This document shows, one piece after another, positions 10,978-25,312 of a stretch of DNA of 64,000 nt; position 1 is the first letter of the stretch; every line of letters begins with the position of its first letter. The notes beneath the pieces were generated by a model that was given only the letters and a program-made list of their open reading frames with translations, ran no database searches and was not told where the DNA came from. Origin of the DNA: Octopus sinensis. Lineage: Eukaryota. The position numbers and the translations under genes are program-made. Location: NCBI RefSeq assembly GCF_006345805.1, contig NC_043000.1, forward strand, positions 6,200,001 through 6,264,000, written 5' to 3'.

Positions 10978-11706
10978 ACCAAAGCTTTTTGAGTGGATTT
11001 GGTAGATGGCAACTGAAAGAAGCCTATCAAATATATATAAATGTATATACTCTTTTACTTGTTTCAGTCATTTGACTGCAACCATGCTGGAGCACCACCT
11101 TTAGTCGAGCAAATCGACCCCAGAACTTATTCTTTTGTAAGCCTAATACTTATTCTATCTTTTTGTCGAACTGCTAAGTTACAGGGACGTAAATACATGA
11201 GCATCGGTTGTCAAGCGATGTTGTGGGGACAAACACTGACACACAAACATATATATATATATACATACATACATACATACATACATACATACATTCATAC
11301 ATACATACATACGACAGGCTTCTTTCAGTTTCCGTCTACCAAATCCACTCACAAGGCTTTGGTCAGCCCGAGGTTATAGTAGAAGACACTTGCCCAAGGT
11401 GCCACGCAGTGGGACTGAACCTGGAACCATGTGGTTGGTAAGCAAGCTACTTATCACACAGCCACTCCTACACCTGTATATGTATATATCTATGTGTGAG
11501 TGTCTTTGTGTTTGTGTTTGTCCTCCACCATCACTTGCTGATGTGTTTATGTTCTTGTAACTTAGCAGTTCAGCAAAAGAGACTGATAGAATAAGTACCA
11601 GGCTTATAAAGTATAAATAAATACTGGGATCGATTTATTTGACTAAAAATTCTTCAAGGTGGTGCCCCAGTATGGCTGCAGTCTAATGACTGAAACCAGT
11701 AAAAGA
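10978..11706. mobile_element. SINE A (-, 11049-11474) nested in the central microsatellite of SINE A (+)
   Basis: Plus-strand halves at 10978-11040 and 11476-11706 bracket a full minus-strand copy. Confidence 0.8.
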
Positions 11707-11848
11707 TATATATATATATATATTTTCAAAATTATCTGAGTAATAACTTCATGATGGGCATTTCAAAGTTCCTATACAGTTACTGGCTACCATATGCCTT
11801 CATACAGCAAGGATATTCCCTGAGCTGGATAAACATGTGGAATTCCAT

Positions 11849-12243
11849 TACTCTTTTACTTGTTTCAGTCATTTGACAGTGGCCATGCTGGAGCACAGCC
11901 TTTAGTCGAGCAAATCGACCCCAGGACTTATTCTTTGTAAGCCTAGTACTTATTCTATCGGTCTCTCTTGCCGAACCGCTAAGTTACAGCAATGTAAACA
12001 CACCAGCATCGGTTGTCAAGCGATGTTAGGGGACAAACATAGACACACAAACATATACACACACATATATATATATATACATATATACGACAGGCTTCTT
12101 TCAGTTTCCATCTACCAAATCCACTCACAAGCTTTTGGTCGACCCGAGGCTGTAGTAGAAGACACTTGCCCAAGGTGCCATGCAGTGGGACTGAACCCAG
12201 AACCATGTGGTTGGTAAACAAGCTACTTACCACACAGCCACTG
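11849..12243 (-). mobile_element. SINE family A
   Basis: Full family A consensus on the minus strand. Confidence 0.9.
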
Positions 12244-12760
12244 TGTATAGAATTCATATAAAAATTTATTCAAGAAGAAGATGGTAAAACAGGCTTTGAT
12301 TACGAATTACATTTGTTTCTGTGCTGTTGCACAAGCTTTAAGTTGCTGAGTTTTCATTCTCATATCATCATCATCATCACCATCATCATCCGTTTAACGT
12401 CCGTTTTCCGCGCTAATTACATAAAATTATTTTATAAATAAGTATATAAATAAATATGATTCAGCAACTGTTCTGTGCCAGGACTTCACCGAGCAGATTG
12501 CTCTGACATCACTGCCGGATGGATCTCTTTGAATTTCCCCTCTTTTATATGCTATTGAATAAAAATATCTTTCTCTCCTTTGCTGTGTGGTTCATGAGTT
12601 CAAGGCCACACAAGTTAAAAATACCACATATACATATACATACATACATATATATATATACATACACACACGCACATGTATATATACATATATATATATA
12701 TGTATATATATATACACACATACACACATATATTATATATATATATACACACATACACAC

Positions 12761-12820
<60 letters not shown>

Positions 12821-13084
12821 GGTTGTAGCAAAACAAAAATAAAAATAAAAGTTTCAATTACAAAAAAAGAGACTAATTCATTAATGGAAGTGAAAGGAAA
12901 TAGATTTATAAATGCATATCAGACCTAACTCCAGTCTTTTTATTTTATTGTAAGCTTGTCTCTCAGGCTGGTATCAGTTGCTGTCGAAGAGTTAAGACTT
13001 GAACTAGAATTATCTATCATCATTGGAGTCTGTCTTGCTATCTTTTTAGGAATATGGATTTACTAGGAGGATTTACTGGTATGG

Positions 13085-13570
13085 AAGCTAACCGGCTTCC
13101 GTGCCAGTGGCACATAAAAGGCATCATTCGAGTGTGATCGTTACCAGCATCACCTTACTGGCACTTGTGCCCGTGCTAGTAGGGTGCCAAAAGCACCATC
13201 TGAGCGTGATCGTTGCCAGAGCGGCTAACTGGCTTCCGTGCCGGTGGCACATAAAAGGCACCATTCGGGCGTGATTGTTACCAGCGTCGCCTTACTGGCC
13301 CTGTGCTGGTGGCATGTGTAAAAAGATTCGAGCGAGGTTGTTGCCAGTGCCGCCTGACTGGCCCTGTGCTGGTGGCACTTAAAAAGCACCCACCACACTC
13401 TCAGAGTGGTTGGCGTTAGGAAGAGCATCAAGCTGTAGAAACATTGCCATATCAAGATTAGAGCCTGGTGCAGTGATCTGGTTTGCCAGCCCTCAGTCAA
13501 AATCATCCAACCCACGTTAGCATGGAAAGCAGACGTTAAAAGATGATGATGATGATGATGATGATGATGA
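13085..13570 (+). mobile_element. RTE LINE 3'UTR fragment with about 5 repeat units and a (GAT)n tail
   Basis: GTGC-N-GGTGGCAC-TAAAAAG-CACC cores, then TGGCGTTAGGAAGAGCATC, GACGTTAAA and (GAT)n, as at 7000-7300. Confidence 0.85.
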
Positions 13571-13614
13571 GAGGATTCGCAGTCCCCCGCTCCTGTTGCT
13601 TTTAGTCACCTCTT

Positions 13615-13730
13615 ACGTGTGGATCAATGGAGTGAAGAAAGCTTTGGTGGTTAGCGGTGTTGGAGTGAGAGAGGCAAGAGAGTTTATAAATGATAGGAAA
13701 GCTTGGAGAGTGTTTGTGGATGGATGAGTG
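13615..13730 (+). mobile_element. RTE-clade ORF2 C-terminal remnant (different family)
   Basis: Translates to WINGVKKALVVSGVGVREAREFINDRKAWRVFVDG*. Confidence 0.55.
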
Positions 13731-13934
13731 AATTTTAATGCTACTCAAAGGGGTACGGAATCAGCATGATGCGGCAGGGGTAAGCAAGCATATGCTGTTG
13801 GGCCCTGCTGCTGATTTTGAGGGTTGTGTTCTATGCCTTGACCCAAGCATAGAACAGAGCTTGCCTCTTTGAGCTGGGAAATGAATGGAATGCCTGATGT
13901 GTCTTGTTGTGGCCACCTCCTCCTAAAATAAGGC

Positions 13935-14230
13935 CTCTTTTACTTGTTTCAGTCATTTGACTGCAGCCATGCTGGAGCACTTGCCTTTAGTTGAGCAAAT
14001 CGACCCCAGGGCTTATTCTTTGTAAGCCTAGTACTTCTTATTTTATCGGTCCCTTTTGCCAAACCGCTAAGTTACGGGAACATAAACACACCAGCATCGG
14101 TTGTCAAGCGATGTTGTGGGGATAAACACAGACACACAAACACACATATACATACATTATATATATATATATACATATATACAACGGGCTTTCTTCAGTG
14201 GGACTGAACCTGAAACCATTTAGTTGAGAA
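13935..14230 (-). mobile_element. SINE family A, internally deleted
   Basis: Family A 3' half plus a truncated head. Confidence 0.8.
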
Positions 14231-14759
14231 TAAAAACTCAGCAACTTACAATACATGCAATGGCACAGAAACAAATGTTGAAATTTGTACTTAAAGCCAT
14301 TTTTTTCCATCTTCTTGTATACATTTCTAAATAGACACACACACACACACACACAGATCCCTCTTTAAGTTTATTTCTACAGATTTTCTATAGAATTTAG
14401 AGCCAGCTCTGAGAGTTATGACATTTCGTATAATAAATGTGTCTATGTAAACAGTGTGACTGAAGATAGAGAAATAAGTAATGGGTGTATATGCACATTT
14501 CAGGAATTCCTGCTCTTTTTTCAGAACGACATCCCACCCATTAACTATCCATCAACATATTGCATAAGGAGCCACTAAGTTAAGCAGTGTAACACTATTG
14601 GATCGACCAATTTATATATTAAACACATTCCTGGTGACTAATATGTGCAAATTAATTGCTGGTAGGAACACCATATTTCATTTTTGCAACCATAATATGC
14701 TTCCAAGTTTATTGAAGCTTTATAAGTCCTTGTCAGTGGCATTTCTGATTTCCCATCCA

Positions 14760-15123
14760 TGATCACGTAAAAAGCACCATTGGAGCGTGATCATTACCAG
14801 CGTCACTTTGCTGGCACGTAAAAAAAATATTTGAGCGATGTCGTTGCCAGTGCCGCTAGATTGGCTTCTGGGCATGTGGCACATAAAGAACGCCATATGA
14901 GCATGGCCATTTCCAGTACCGCTTGACTAGCCCTTGTGCCGGTGGCACGTAAAAGCACCCACTACACTCTCAGAGTGGTTGGCGTTAGGAAGGGCATCCA
15001 GCTGTAGAAATTCAGCCAGATCAGATTGGAGCCTGGTGCAGCCATCTGGTTCGCCAGTTCTCAATCAAATCGTCCAACCCATGCTAGCATGGAAAGCGGA
15101 CGTTAAACAATGATGATGATGAT
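14760..15123 (+). mobile_element. RTE LINE 3'UTR fragment with about 4 repeat units
   Basis: CACGTAAAAAGCACC cores, GGCGTTAGGAAGGGCATCCAGCTGTAGAAA and (GAT)n. Confidence 0.85.
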
Positions 15124-15734
15124 GTTCTCTCAGATTACTATTCAGTCCTGCCACAAATCTGCACGGTTTGAAGCATAGGTGACAGTCAAAAGTAGTAACA
15201 TACTGTGTGCTTCCAGCTGGTTAGGTCTACACATGTCACCACTCTTCCATTACTATAGGACATTCAATAGATAGTATGGCAAATGAGGTCACCACCACAA
15301 AGAGACACCTGTACATAACGGGATTTTATCAATAAATGCTTGTACAACACAAATACTATTCTCTGAATTGCCATGAATATCACCCAATGACATACTGAAG
15401 GGAGATACCAGTAATTATGTGAAACTGCAAGTTTTACATCAGAGTATTCCTCTCCTAGTGTCTCATTCATGGAGGTTTTACTGCCCTGGCACCAACCACG
15501 AGTATTTCTGAATCTCTGTGCTCAGATGGATTGTCATCACATATGTTAGTTAACCCAGAGGGGTTGGACACTGACTGATGTTTCTATTCACGGCCAGAGT
15601 AAACATGGGAAAGAGGTGGTCCCACACTCCTCAAACCGATGGAACTCCATCACCAGAACCCCACTACCTGGTGCAGTTTAAAATCAAGTCACACCCAAAA
15701 CATATATACACATATATATACACACACAAATAAA

Positions 15735-15958
15735 AACACCATTTGAGCATGGTCGTTGCCAGTACTGCCTCTCGTAGAAGTACCCACTACACTCTCGGAG
15801 TGGTTGGCATTAGGAAGGGCATCCAGCTGTAGAAACTCTGCCAGATCAAGATTGGAGCCTGGTGCAACCATCTGGTTTGCCAGTCCTCAGTCAAATTGTT
15901 CAACCCATGCTAGCATGGAAAGCGGACGTTAAACGATGATGATGATGATGATGATGAT
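15735..15958 (+). mobile_element. RTE LINE 3'UTR fragment
   Basis: Same terminal ~200 nt and (GAT)n tail. Confidence 0.85.
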
Positions 15959-16357
15959 ATATAAAAATAAATATATATATACACACATACACGAAAATCT
16001 GTAAACACACATAAACACATAGATCAACATATATATATACATATACACAAGTATACAGAAATGTATATACAAATATTTATATATACAAACACACATATAT
16101 ATAGATAGATTATGTTAATAAATTAACCCTACACTCATGCAGGGTTAATGCATAAATTTTCGTTCTCGTCAACAAAGCCACATGCAACTTTCAGCATATA
16201 TCAAGAAATAATCCAAGCATTTAGTTTCTCTAAGCTAAGATTTACCATAAATTAACAAGTAACTAATAAACAACTAACCATCAAATGAGCAGAAGTATTC
16301 CACCCTTTTCCTTCTTTATACCAAGCTTGCCTTCATACTTTAGATTTATGAACGTGT

Positions 16358-16525
16358 AGGCGTAGGAGTGGCTGTGTGGTAAGTAGCTTGCTTACCAACA
16401 ACATGGTTCTGGGTTCAGTCCCACTGCATGGCACCTTGGGCAAGTGTCTTCTACTAAAGCCTCAGGCTGACCAAAGCCTTGTGAGTGGATTTGGCAGATG
16501 GAAACTGAAAGAAGCACATTGTATA
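16358..16525 (+). mobile_element. SINE family A, 5' half
   Basis: Head consensus ending in (TA)n. Confidence 0.85.
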
Positions 16526-16869
16526 TATATGTGTATATATATATATAGATATATATATATATATATATTGTTGACTCTAATTTTTTCAGTTATATATATA
16601 TATATATATATGGCTCTTTACCTTTTGACAAACAGTCTAAGCAGCAGAGAATGTCTTAATTAGGTACTCATAGTCTTATTCCTGGAGCTTCTGTCATGAC
16701 TGATTCTTCCTATGTTTGATGAGAAAATTTTGCTGCAAAATCCGCAAGCAAAGAAGGTGCTACAGGGCCATTGTATGTTGTCTTTCTGTTTCTGGCATTT
16801 TGCTTTGAGCGCCAGGATGTTTTCTTCCTCAGTCTTTTTGACTCTTTGGTTTACAATGCTAGAGCATCA

Positions 16870-17040
16870 TTCACAAAGCCTTCCAAGTATTTTCTCTTGT
16901 AATGGCAAGTTGGCTCAGCGTAGCAGACCCAAAGAACAACCAAAGCTGAGATTTAAGGACACATATGAGAGCAGCCTGACCAAGTGTCACGTTGATGCAA
17001 AGACTTGGGAAAAGTTAGCTGAAGACAGAACAGCACAGAA
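16870..17040 (+). mobile_element. RTE/BovB-like ORF2 C-terminal remnant
   Basis: Translates to GKLAQRSRPKEQPKLRFKDTYESSLTKCHVDAKTWEKLAEDR. Confidence 0.65.
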
Positions 17041-17737
17041 TATTTATATATTATATATACAATGCAAAAACACTTTGAAGACCATGATAGTCAATAAAAT
17101 AAAAATTAAATTTAAAAATTTATTTGTTCTGTATGGCCTCATACCAAATGAGTTATAGACTAATGATTGAGGATACCTGATGTATAAGATTGGGATTATT
17201 CTATCAGTAACATTTGCTGAACTGCTAAGTTATGGGAGCATAAACAAATCAACACTGGTTGTCAAACAGTGGTGGGGAGAAACACAAACACACACACAGA
17301 CAAACAGAAGTCTTTGGTAGGCCTGAGGCTATTGTTGAAGACACTTGCCCAAGGTTCACCACAGTGGGACTGAACCTACAACCGTGTGGTTGAAACTTGG
17401 AGGCAAAACTTTTAAAAGACTACAAGAATGTAGATCTTTAGTTGTATGTAAAATTATGACATGGTGACTCAAGTTGGTCAGATGAAGAGAAGAAATGTCT
17501 ACTGATATTTTTCTTACAGAAAATAATCAGTTCTAAAATTATTCAAAGACATTCTTTATATAGAAAGCATCCTTGAGAAATTTCCCATTTTATTGCTGTC
17601 TTTGATTCATTTGACACTATAACTGAAATAGGAGAGGTGTTACACATGCCATTTTGGTATGTATCATGCCAACCAGCTAAGAAATAATTCCAGTGTAGTC
17701 TCTATAATTAGAAATAATTGTTCATCAATATTCAATA

Positions 17738-18122
17738 GGCATGGCTGTGTGGTAAGAAGTTAGCCTCCCAACCACATAATTCTGGGTTCAATCCCATTGC
17801 ATGGCACCTTGGGCAGGTGTCTTCTGCTATAGCTTCAAGCCGATTATAGCTTTGTGAGTGGATATGGTAGATGGAAACTGAAAGAAGCCTATCGTATGTG
17901 TGTGTGTGTGTGTCATTGTGAGTGCTTGATCAGCACCACTGTTTGGTAACCGGTGTTGGTGTGTTTACGTCCCAATAAATTAGCAGTTCGGCAAAAAGAC
18001 ACTGATAGAATAAATACCAGGCTTAAGGACACAATTACTGGGGTTGATTCATTCAACTGAAACCCTCCAAGGTAGCGCACCAGCATGGCCACAGTCTCAT
18101 GACTGAAACAAGTAAAAGATAA
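17738..18122 (+). mobile_element. SINE family A, older
   Basis: Full family A architecture. Confidence 0.85.
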
Positions 18123-18695
18123 AATTGAACAAAACAGAAGAAGAACTGTGAATTCAGCTGACCACAGAATCTGAGAATCCCGACGAGGTCGACTTTCTTC
18201 ATTCTAGGATCGATTAAATAAATAGTCAATGCTATCAACCGTACAATAAACGGTCAAAACCTCTGTTATTATGTCATAGGCTCTGACTCTAACCCAGACT
18301 GGCTCCACTTTATTTTAAAGAGCTTGGTCAGGGGTGGAAAGGCAACACCTACCACCCTTTACTTTATTATTTAATATATTTGATTTACGTTTTTGTTTTG
18401 AGATCATCCGAAAAGGGGTGAGTAGAAAGGGTAAAAGTTCACTTCAAACTGGTTACCCAGACCGATTGCGAATAAACACAATGAATTCCACTAAAGGCAC
18501 TCAAAGTAAGTAGCGATGTAAAATCAAGGATCAGATCAATTCTCTCCATCACCCAACCAAAATTAAACAAAGAACTGGAACTAATTATGTCAAGGAAACT
18601 TGTCCCACGTTCTAACAATTCAACCATCATGCCATCGTCTTTTACAATTACTTTTATTGACCATAATAAAAAAACAAACTCCTTAAGATTATAAC

Positions 18696-18720
18696 AGATA
18701 GATAGATAGATGGATAGATG

Positions 18721-18766
<46 letters not shown>

Positions 18767-18960
18767 TAGATAGACAAACTGACAGATAGACAGACAGACA
18801 GATAGATAGATAGATGGATAGATGGGTAGATAGATAGATAGATAGATAGATATACAGACAGACAGACAGACAGACAGACAGGTAGATAGATAGACAAACT
18901 GACAGATAGACAGACAGACAGATAGATAGATAGATAGATAGATGGATAGATGGGTAGATT

Positions 18961-19005
<45 letters not shown>

Positions 19006-19006
19006 G

Positions 19007-19075
<69 letters not shown>

Positions 19076-19076
19076 T

Positions 19077-19116
<40 letters not shown>
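18696..19116. repeat. Compound (GATA)n/(GACA)n microsatellite
   Basis: Direct inspection. Confidence 0.95.
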
Positions 19117-19117
<1 letters not shown>

Positions 19118-19544
19118 GGGGAGGGAGGTGGAGTAATTTTTAGAGGATCGTCGTCTGCCTGAGTTACAATACATTCAGACGAAAACGAAACTAAGAAATA
19201 CTTGTGGTGCCCTACTTTGAGATGGGTAATGGAAACAGTTCCACATTGAGTGTCAGCTTTTTATTTATGTTGATATTTTTAAAGCAACCAGTCAAGACCA
19301 AAGTGGGACGTTTGTTTCTTTAATTACTGATTTTTATTTTCATATATATATATATATATACACACAAAGAGTGATTTGTAAGAATAATTAAGAAAGTGTA
19401 ATTGGTCTAAAAGAATCATTTGATGTAGATCTATTTTAAACCGCTAAGTGCGTTATATCTAATTGGAAACACGAAGACAAATGAATAAATAAAATGAACA
19501 AGTGTAATAAATAATTACTTGAAATGTATTCTTATAGAAATATG

Positions 19545-19546
19545 TG

Positions 19547-19588
<42 letters not shown>

Positions 19589-19616
19589 TATATATAATAT
19601 ATATATACACACGCAC

Positions 19617-19671
<55 letters not shown>

Positions 19672-19752
19672 AACAAGTATGTGTATAGATATATGCAAAC
19701 TTAGCTATATATGAATATGTATCGATGTATGCTTATATATATTATATATATA

Positions 19753-19806
<54 letters not shown>

Positions 19807-20354
19807 GTATGTTTTTCGCTCTTATATTTTCCTTATCTATATCTATTTTTCTCTCTCTCTCTCTGTCTAATATATATAATATATATATTGTGTGTATATA
19901 TATATATATATATATATTAATATATATTATATATATATGTATGTATACATGTGCGAACGAGTATGCAAACGAAAGTAACACTCAACAAATATCGTTAATG
20001 TTACGCGTATATATATATATATATTATATACACACAAACACACACCCACAAACACACGTAACTGTATGTATGTATCTATATTGAATTCAACTTACCACGC
20101 TGTTCGTTTTGCGTAATTTGTCGGAGAGAAAATGCCACGAATTTAAGGCGTTTGAGTAAAATCTCATTCCAACTTGGATGTCTTGGATTCAAATGGGTTT
20201 CTAAAGACTACCAGAGCTTAAATCTCTGGATCGATCTTTCATTCAACTCGTGTGAAGAAAGAGAAGCTTATGTGTGTTGACGCTGATCCGAAGCGGAACT
20301 GCGCGCTTTTCGTTGTGTGTTTTTTTAGCTTTATGTTTGTCTAAGATGTATATA

Positions 20355-20398
<44 letters not shown>

Positions 20399-20496
20399 TG
20401 TACGGATGTGCGAGTTTATGTGTGTGTGTGTGTATGTATATCTATGAGTGTGTATGTGTGCATGCATTTACGTAAGAACATATATATGTATGTATG

Positions 20497-20530
<34 letters not shown>

Positions 20531-21067
20531 AGTGTGTGTGTTTGCATTTATCTAATTATACAGAAAAAATCAATAAAATGAAAGTGTGTATTTATGTATT
20601 TGTTTGTATTTATATAATTATCCAGAAAAATAAAATAATTATAACATAAATGTGAGCATGTGTTTGTGTGTGTACATACATACATATATTATATATACAT
20701 ACATACACACATACATACATACACACACACACGTGTGTATGAATGCACGTGCGTGTTTTTATGCGTGCGTGAATGTGCTTGCGGGTAAGTTCTGTGGTGT
20801 GTGTGTGTGTGTGTGTGTTGTTTATATAATAAATTTTTTCAGAAAATCGATAATACAAATAAATAGCAAAAATATGAAATCAATCCTTTTTGTTTAATGA
20901 AGAGACATACTGCTCAATTAAACTTTTTATTCCCCCCCCCTCTCTCTCTCTCTCTCTCTGTGACTTCATACCTGCTTGAAGAATGATGCTCACACCTGTT
21001 CATTTCTGGATGTGTGTCATCTTTGCATATCTATAAATATCCACTTAAGTGCCTGCGCTCTCTCTCT

Positions 21068-21135
<68 letters not shown>

Positions 21136-21299
21136 TTATATATATATATTATATATATATATATATTATGTATGTATGTATGTATGTATATAAAATATTG
21201 ATAAAAATGGTAAGACAACAAAAGAAAGAGGCACACGTGTATCTATATAACACATACATACATATATATATATATACACATTTATACATTATATATATA

Positions 21300-21355
<56 letters not shown>

Positions 21356-21420
21356 TATATTATATATATATACATACATACATATATATACATACACATA
21401 TAATATATATATACATAAAG

Positions 21421-21490
<70 letters not shown>
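19545..21490. repeat. Field of (TA)n, (AG)n and (TG)n microsatellites around a unique island at about 20085-20340
   Basis: Direct inspection. Confidence 0.9.
20096..20167 (-). CDS. Candidate alternative first coding exon (MRFYSNALNSWHFLSDKLRKTNSV), phase 0
   Basis: ATG at 20167, 24 open codons, and a strong donor GTG|GTAAGT at 20096/20095. It lies in a CpG-rich unique island. Its phase matches the donor of exon 45549-46009. Confidence 0.45.
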
Positions 21491-21492
<2 letters not shown>

Positions 21493-21607
21493 GACACATA
21501 CACATTCTTTTACTTATTTCGGTCTTTGGACTGCGGCTGTACTGGAGCACGGCCTTGACAGGTTTAGTCAGACAAATTGATCCCATAACTTAATTTTAAA
21601 CCTAGTA

Positions 21608-21658
<51 letters not shown>

Positions 21659-22389
21659 GTGTATGTGTGCGTGCGTGCACCCCCCCCCCCCACCCCCCCC
21701 CGATACATGCGAATAGTTTTGATGCGTTTAGCAGAAGCGTTAAACCTGTCGGACAAAACGTTTGTGGTATTTAATTAGGCCCTTTAAATTTTGCATTTGA
21801 ACCCTTGTTGATTGCTGTCCACTTTGCATTTCAATTTTCCAGTGTTCGATAAAATAAAGTAACAGTCAAATATTCGGTGACTGATTCATATAAAGCATCC
21901 AAGATGTGAAAACATCTAAAACAGAGATGTAATACCTCAGAGTCAAAGTTATATATGTAAGCCCGCGTAAATACACACCGACGCAGTGACGCATACGACG
22001 AGCTGTGCGCATGAATTCCTTTCTACAAATGCAAATGCATATGTCCATGCATGCACGCACCTACACACACACACAAACACCTATTCAGTGACAAAATACC
22101 TTGGTTCACAAACTTACACAGAAACACATATCGTGTACAGATATTACTGTTTTGTGAATATGTGCGCATAAATCGTTTTATGAATGTATGCACCCCGGGT
22201 CATCTTAGTAACAGCATTATAGCCCACAACCACCACCACAATCCCGGGGAAAAGCAATGTATTGGACCCTATCGTCTTTAAAGACAGCAAACAGTATACA
22301 GAAGTCAGAATTGGGACCCTAGACCCGTATTCCTTCGACCCACCGGGCCTAGTATGTCTAAGGCAACAAAAACATGATGTAAAATTTCG

Positions 22390-22423
<34 letters not shown>

Positions 22424-22785
22424 CGTGCACACACACACATATATATAGATAGAGAGAGAGAGAGAGTAGATAAGAGAGAGGTACAGGAAAAAGAAATTCA
22501 TTCGCAGACGTCTGCCAAATCAATATGTATGTGCGTCAGTGTATGTAGGCAATGTCAGCAAATGGATCCACCTGTTTGGCCTATTTCAATGTAATAACAT
22601 CTCTGTTCAACACATTTGACATAAATTTGTTGGAAACCCGGAACTTATTGATTGGCCTTGTATCTCATCCCCTTCCACTTTGCTTTCATCGAATTTACTT
22701 TGGATTGGTTTGCCCTTAACAAATACCAAGCGAAAGAACTATACAAAAACAGAAGTGGGTGACAGACAGGTCACTCTCTCTCTCT

Positions 22786-23597
22786 CTCTTTTACTTGCTT
22801 CAGTTATTTGACTGTGGCCATGCTGGAGCACCGCCTTTAGCCGAGCAAATCGACACCAGGACTTATTCTTTGTAAGCCTGGTACTTATTCTATTGGTGTC
22901 TTTTGCCAAACCGCTAAGTTACTGCGACGTAAACACACCAGCATCGGTCGTCAAGCGATGTTGGGGGATAAACACAGACACACAAACACACATATATATA
23001 TACATATACATACAACGGGCTTCTTTCAGTTTCCGTCAGTTTCTTCTTTCAGTTTCACAAAGCTTTGGTAGAAGACACTTGCCCAAGGTGCCAAGCAGTG
23101 GGATTGAACCCAGAACACAGCCACTCCTGCGCCTATAACATTGGTCATAATATAGAGTGTCAAAAGTCCACGTCGGCTCTGAACAAGCAGATCTAGAATC
23201 AATGGTTTTCTAATCTGACAATATCTTTTTATCCTTTACTTACTTCGAGCAGCCATGCTGGGGCACTACTTTGAAGGGTTTTAGTCAAACGAGCCCCCAA
23301 TCCTCACCCCCAATATTTATTTTCAAGCCTGGCACTCATTTTATCGGTGTCTTTCGCCGGGGACGTAAACACACCAGCATCGGTTGTCAAGCGATGTTGG
23401 GGGGACAAACACAGACACACAAACATATACACATATATATACATATATACGACAGGCTTCTTTCAGTTCCCGTCTACCAAATCCACTCACAAGGCTTTGG
23501 TTGGCCCGAGTCTATTGTAGAAGACACTTGCTTAAGGTGCCACGCAGTTGGACTGAACCCGGAACCATGTGGTTGGTAAGATAGCTACTTACCACTC
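22786..23597 (-). mobile_element. Two SINE family A copies (22786-23133 and 23230-23597)
   Basis: Family A consensus. Confidence 0.85.
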
Positions 23598-24012
23598 AAA
23601 ATAATTCCCGGATTCAAGAGAATCAAGTAGTTAAACAGTAAAGCACCAATGTCAGGTCAGTGGCAGCGATCTGACACGGATTTGCACTCTGCTTATCCGT
23701 ACAATCATAAATGACCGATAGAATACACGAGTCGTGAAGGTCACACATGAGTACACTCACTGCACCTATTGCCCCGCACTCAGAAGACCCTAGATCCAAA
23801 CGAATTGCAGGTCCCGAAATAGGTGAATGATAAACAAATAACAACAGATGGATTGTGGTTCACTACAGATATTTCAGACGTGTGTGTGTGTTTTGATGAA
23901 CAAAAGTGTTATATCATGCAAAGAATAAAAAAAAGCGCTTTCATCAGTTGAATACCCGTAAGAATTATAATTTTGAACATCTCAAGAACATATATTAAGT
24001 GGCATTTGACTC

Positions 24013-25261
24013 TGAAGGTAAGTCAAAAACTTTCCGCACTTTCGCCAAAACTTTCTGTAGTTTGGTCGCCTTCAACTCTAGCGTATTCTTGTGGCTACAT
24101 AACCAAGTGCTGGTGTTGATCACTCCAGTTTTCTTTCATGAGTTACAGAGTAAACATGGTCGTTCCACCAAAGAATAACAGTGATCGGTGATCCGGTTCC
24201 TCTGGCCTAAAGGTGAAGCAGGGGATAAAATTCAATGCAGGCTTTCAGTACAATACGAGGACAGTGCTCTACCGCGTAGAAGTGTGTATGAGTGGATCAA
24301 AAAGTTTAAAACAGCCAGACAAACGTGAAGACCAAAGAGAGAACAGAACGTCCACCAACCTCCACCGCTGACGTGAAGATTCAACAACCTCGAGAGATGG
24401 TTCTTCCGAACCGATGAGTGACCATGTGACCATCGATGAGGTGACATGTACTATGCAAATTAGTCATGGTTCTGCATACGAATTCGCTTCCGTAAAGTCT
24501 GTGCGAGATGGGTACCAAGAGAGCTTACCGAAGCGCATAAGCGCAATTGTGTAGAGTTCTGCCAACGCTGACTCGACTGCTTCAATGATGAAGGTGAAAC
24601 TTTTTTTTTTATGAGTTAGAGGAGATGAGACCTGTATCCGTCACTTAAAGTCAGAATCGAAAAGCAGAATATGGAGTGGAAACACCCGGGAACGCCGGCG
24701 AAAAAGAAATTCAAAACTCAATCTTCCGCAGAAAAAGTGACGCTAACCGTTTTGGGGACACACAAGGGCACATACCGGAATATTACCTGGAAATGGGTCT
24801 ACAGTCACCAGTGCAGGCTACAGCGAAATGCTGGCCAACAAACTGAAGCCAGCAATTCGCACCAAACACCAAGGTCTGTTGTCAAAGCAAGTGTTATCTT
24901 TGAACGACAATGTACGCCCCATAAACGGGGGTACACACCGTTGAAACCATAGCAACATTGGGTTTCGAGTTGCTGGGACACCCTGCATGTAGTCCAGATC
25001 TCACCCCTTCCGCCTATTACTTCTCTGGCCCACTCAAACATCTTTCACGGGGGTATCTATAGACTATGAACGAAGAAGCGAAGAAAGCAATGCATGAATA
25101 GCTGTGCAACGAGTAGAAAACCTTCTTCTCTGATGGAATCAGCAATCTTGTGGACTGCTGGAAGAAATGCATCGAAAAGCATGGAGACTAAAAAGAAAAA
25201 AATATGTAATTGTTTTAATAGATTGTAGAAATGTGAGTGTGTATAATTCTTTTACTTATCG

Positions 25262-25264
<3 letters not shown>
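24013..25264 (+). mobile_element. Degenerate full-length mariner (Tc1/mariner) transposon
   Basis: Motifs VYEWIKKFK, VCARWVPRELT, GDET, MEWKHPGTPAKKKFK, NDN, CSPDLTPSAY and WKKCIEKHGD. Imperfect ~28-bp TIRs TGAAGGTAAGTCAAAAACTTTCCGCACT and AGTGTGTATAATTCTTTTACTTATCGTCA. Length about 1.25 kb. Confidence 0.9.

Positions 25265-25312
<48 letters not shown>

Noticed and set aside
11041-11441. Recurrent ORFs such as FFQFPSTKSTHKALV and EDTCPRCHAVGLNPEPCGW as a gene family
   Set aside because: They are incidental frames of SINE family A.
15264-15470. piggyBac transposase C-terminal Cys-rich remnant (KSRY..QVSLC..ICHTIY)
   Set aside because: Key cysteines are missing, and no TIR or DDD region was recognised.
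18439-18630. Possible exon [16 protein letters not shown]...
   Set aside because: The sequence is unique, but there is no recognisable homology and only weak donor sites.
18439-21586. ORFs rich in YI/LSIY/CV/RE (also 12519-12857, 38230-38802, 46272-46835 and 59899-60162)
   Set aside because: They are translations of microsatellites.
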